A stretch of DNA of 64,000 nucleotides from Phoronis australis (lineage: Eukaryota > Animalia > Phoronida): positions 569,533-633,532 of the forward strand of contig NMRA01000039.1 in NCBI GenBank assembly GCA_002633005.1, written 5' to 3'. Position numbers and translations under genes: made by a program. The notes under the pieces were generated by a model. It ran no database searches. It was not told the DNA's origin and saw only the letters and a program-made list of their open reading frames with translations. Of the stretch, positions 63,784-64,000 are shown piece after piece (within the stretch, counting starts at the first letter, position 1; the number at the start of each line of letters is the position of its first letter).

Positions 63784-64000
63784 CACAAAATCACCACAAC
63801 ATTGAGTAAACGAGGTGTATTTATGGTAGAATGGTGCCACAAAATCACCACAACATTGAGTAAACGAGGTGTACTTATGGTAGAATGGTGCCACAAAATC
63901 ACCACAACATTGAGTAAACGAGGTGTACTTATGGTAGAATGGTGCCACAAAATCACCACAACATTGAGTAAACGAGGTGTACTTATGGTAGAATGGTGCC
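63784..64000. repeat. 54-bp tandem repeat, at least 4 near-identical copies, running off the window (Elk intron)
   Basis: Unit CACAAAATCACCACAACATTGAGTAAACGAGGTGTACTTATGGTAGAATGGTGC starts at 63784, 63838, 63892 and 63946. There is one substitution, in copy 1. Confidence 0.98.

Noticed and set aside
63784-64000. CRISPR-like array
   Set aside because: The units are contiguous and identical with no unique spacers. The context is a eukaryotic intron and there are no cas genes.

Overview
AT-rich, intron-containing animal (probably marine invertebrate) genomic DNA, not prokaryotic; most entries in the ORF track are spurious. Splicing by hand gives three host genes. (1) A complete 7-exon nicotinamide riboside kinase (NMRK1-like, 192 aa) on the minus strand, 15060->3478. 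(2) A 3-exon, divergent multi-pass membrane protein resembling the TspO-related animal family, plus strand, 39488->41661. (3) The 3' four exons of an Elk-type (KCNH3/4/8-like) potassium channel, minus strand, 63161->47051. There is also a frameshifted, insertion-truncated TPR-repeat gene (34347->32986). Transposon relics include two Penelope-like elements with hammerhead or hammerhead-like motifs, two TTAA-flanked Kolobok-type THAP elements, two AT-flanked ISL2EU-type elements (THAP; SAP-YqaJ), and BEL/Pao integrase, SGNH (Ngaro/DIRS-type) and CR1/L2 fragments. An ~780-bp foldback palindrome and several tandem repeats are also present. I found no clearly new biological system. The best leads are the hammerhead motifs with U3/A8 covariation, the alternating TPR array with hypervariable positions, the divergent TspO-like gene and the long palindrome. 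Family assignments come from recalled motifs, not database searches.
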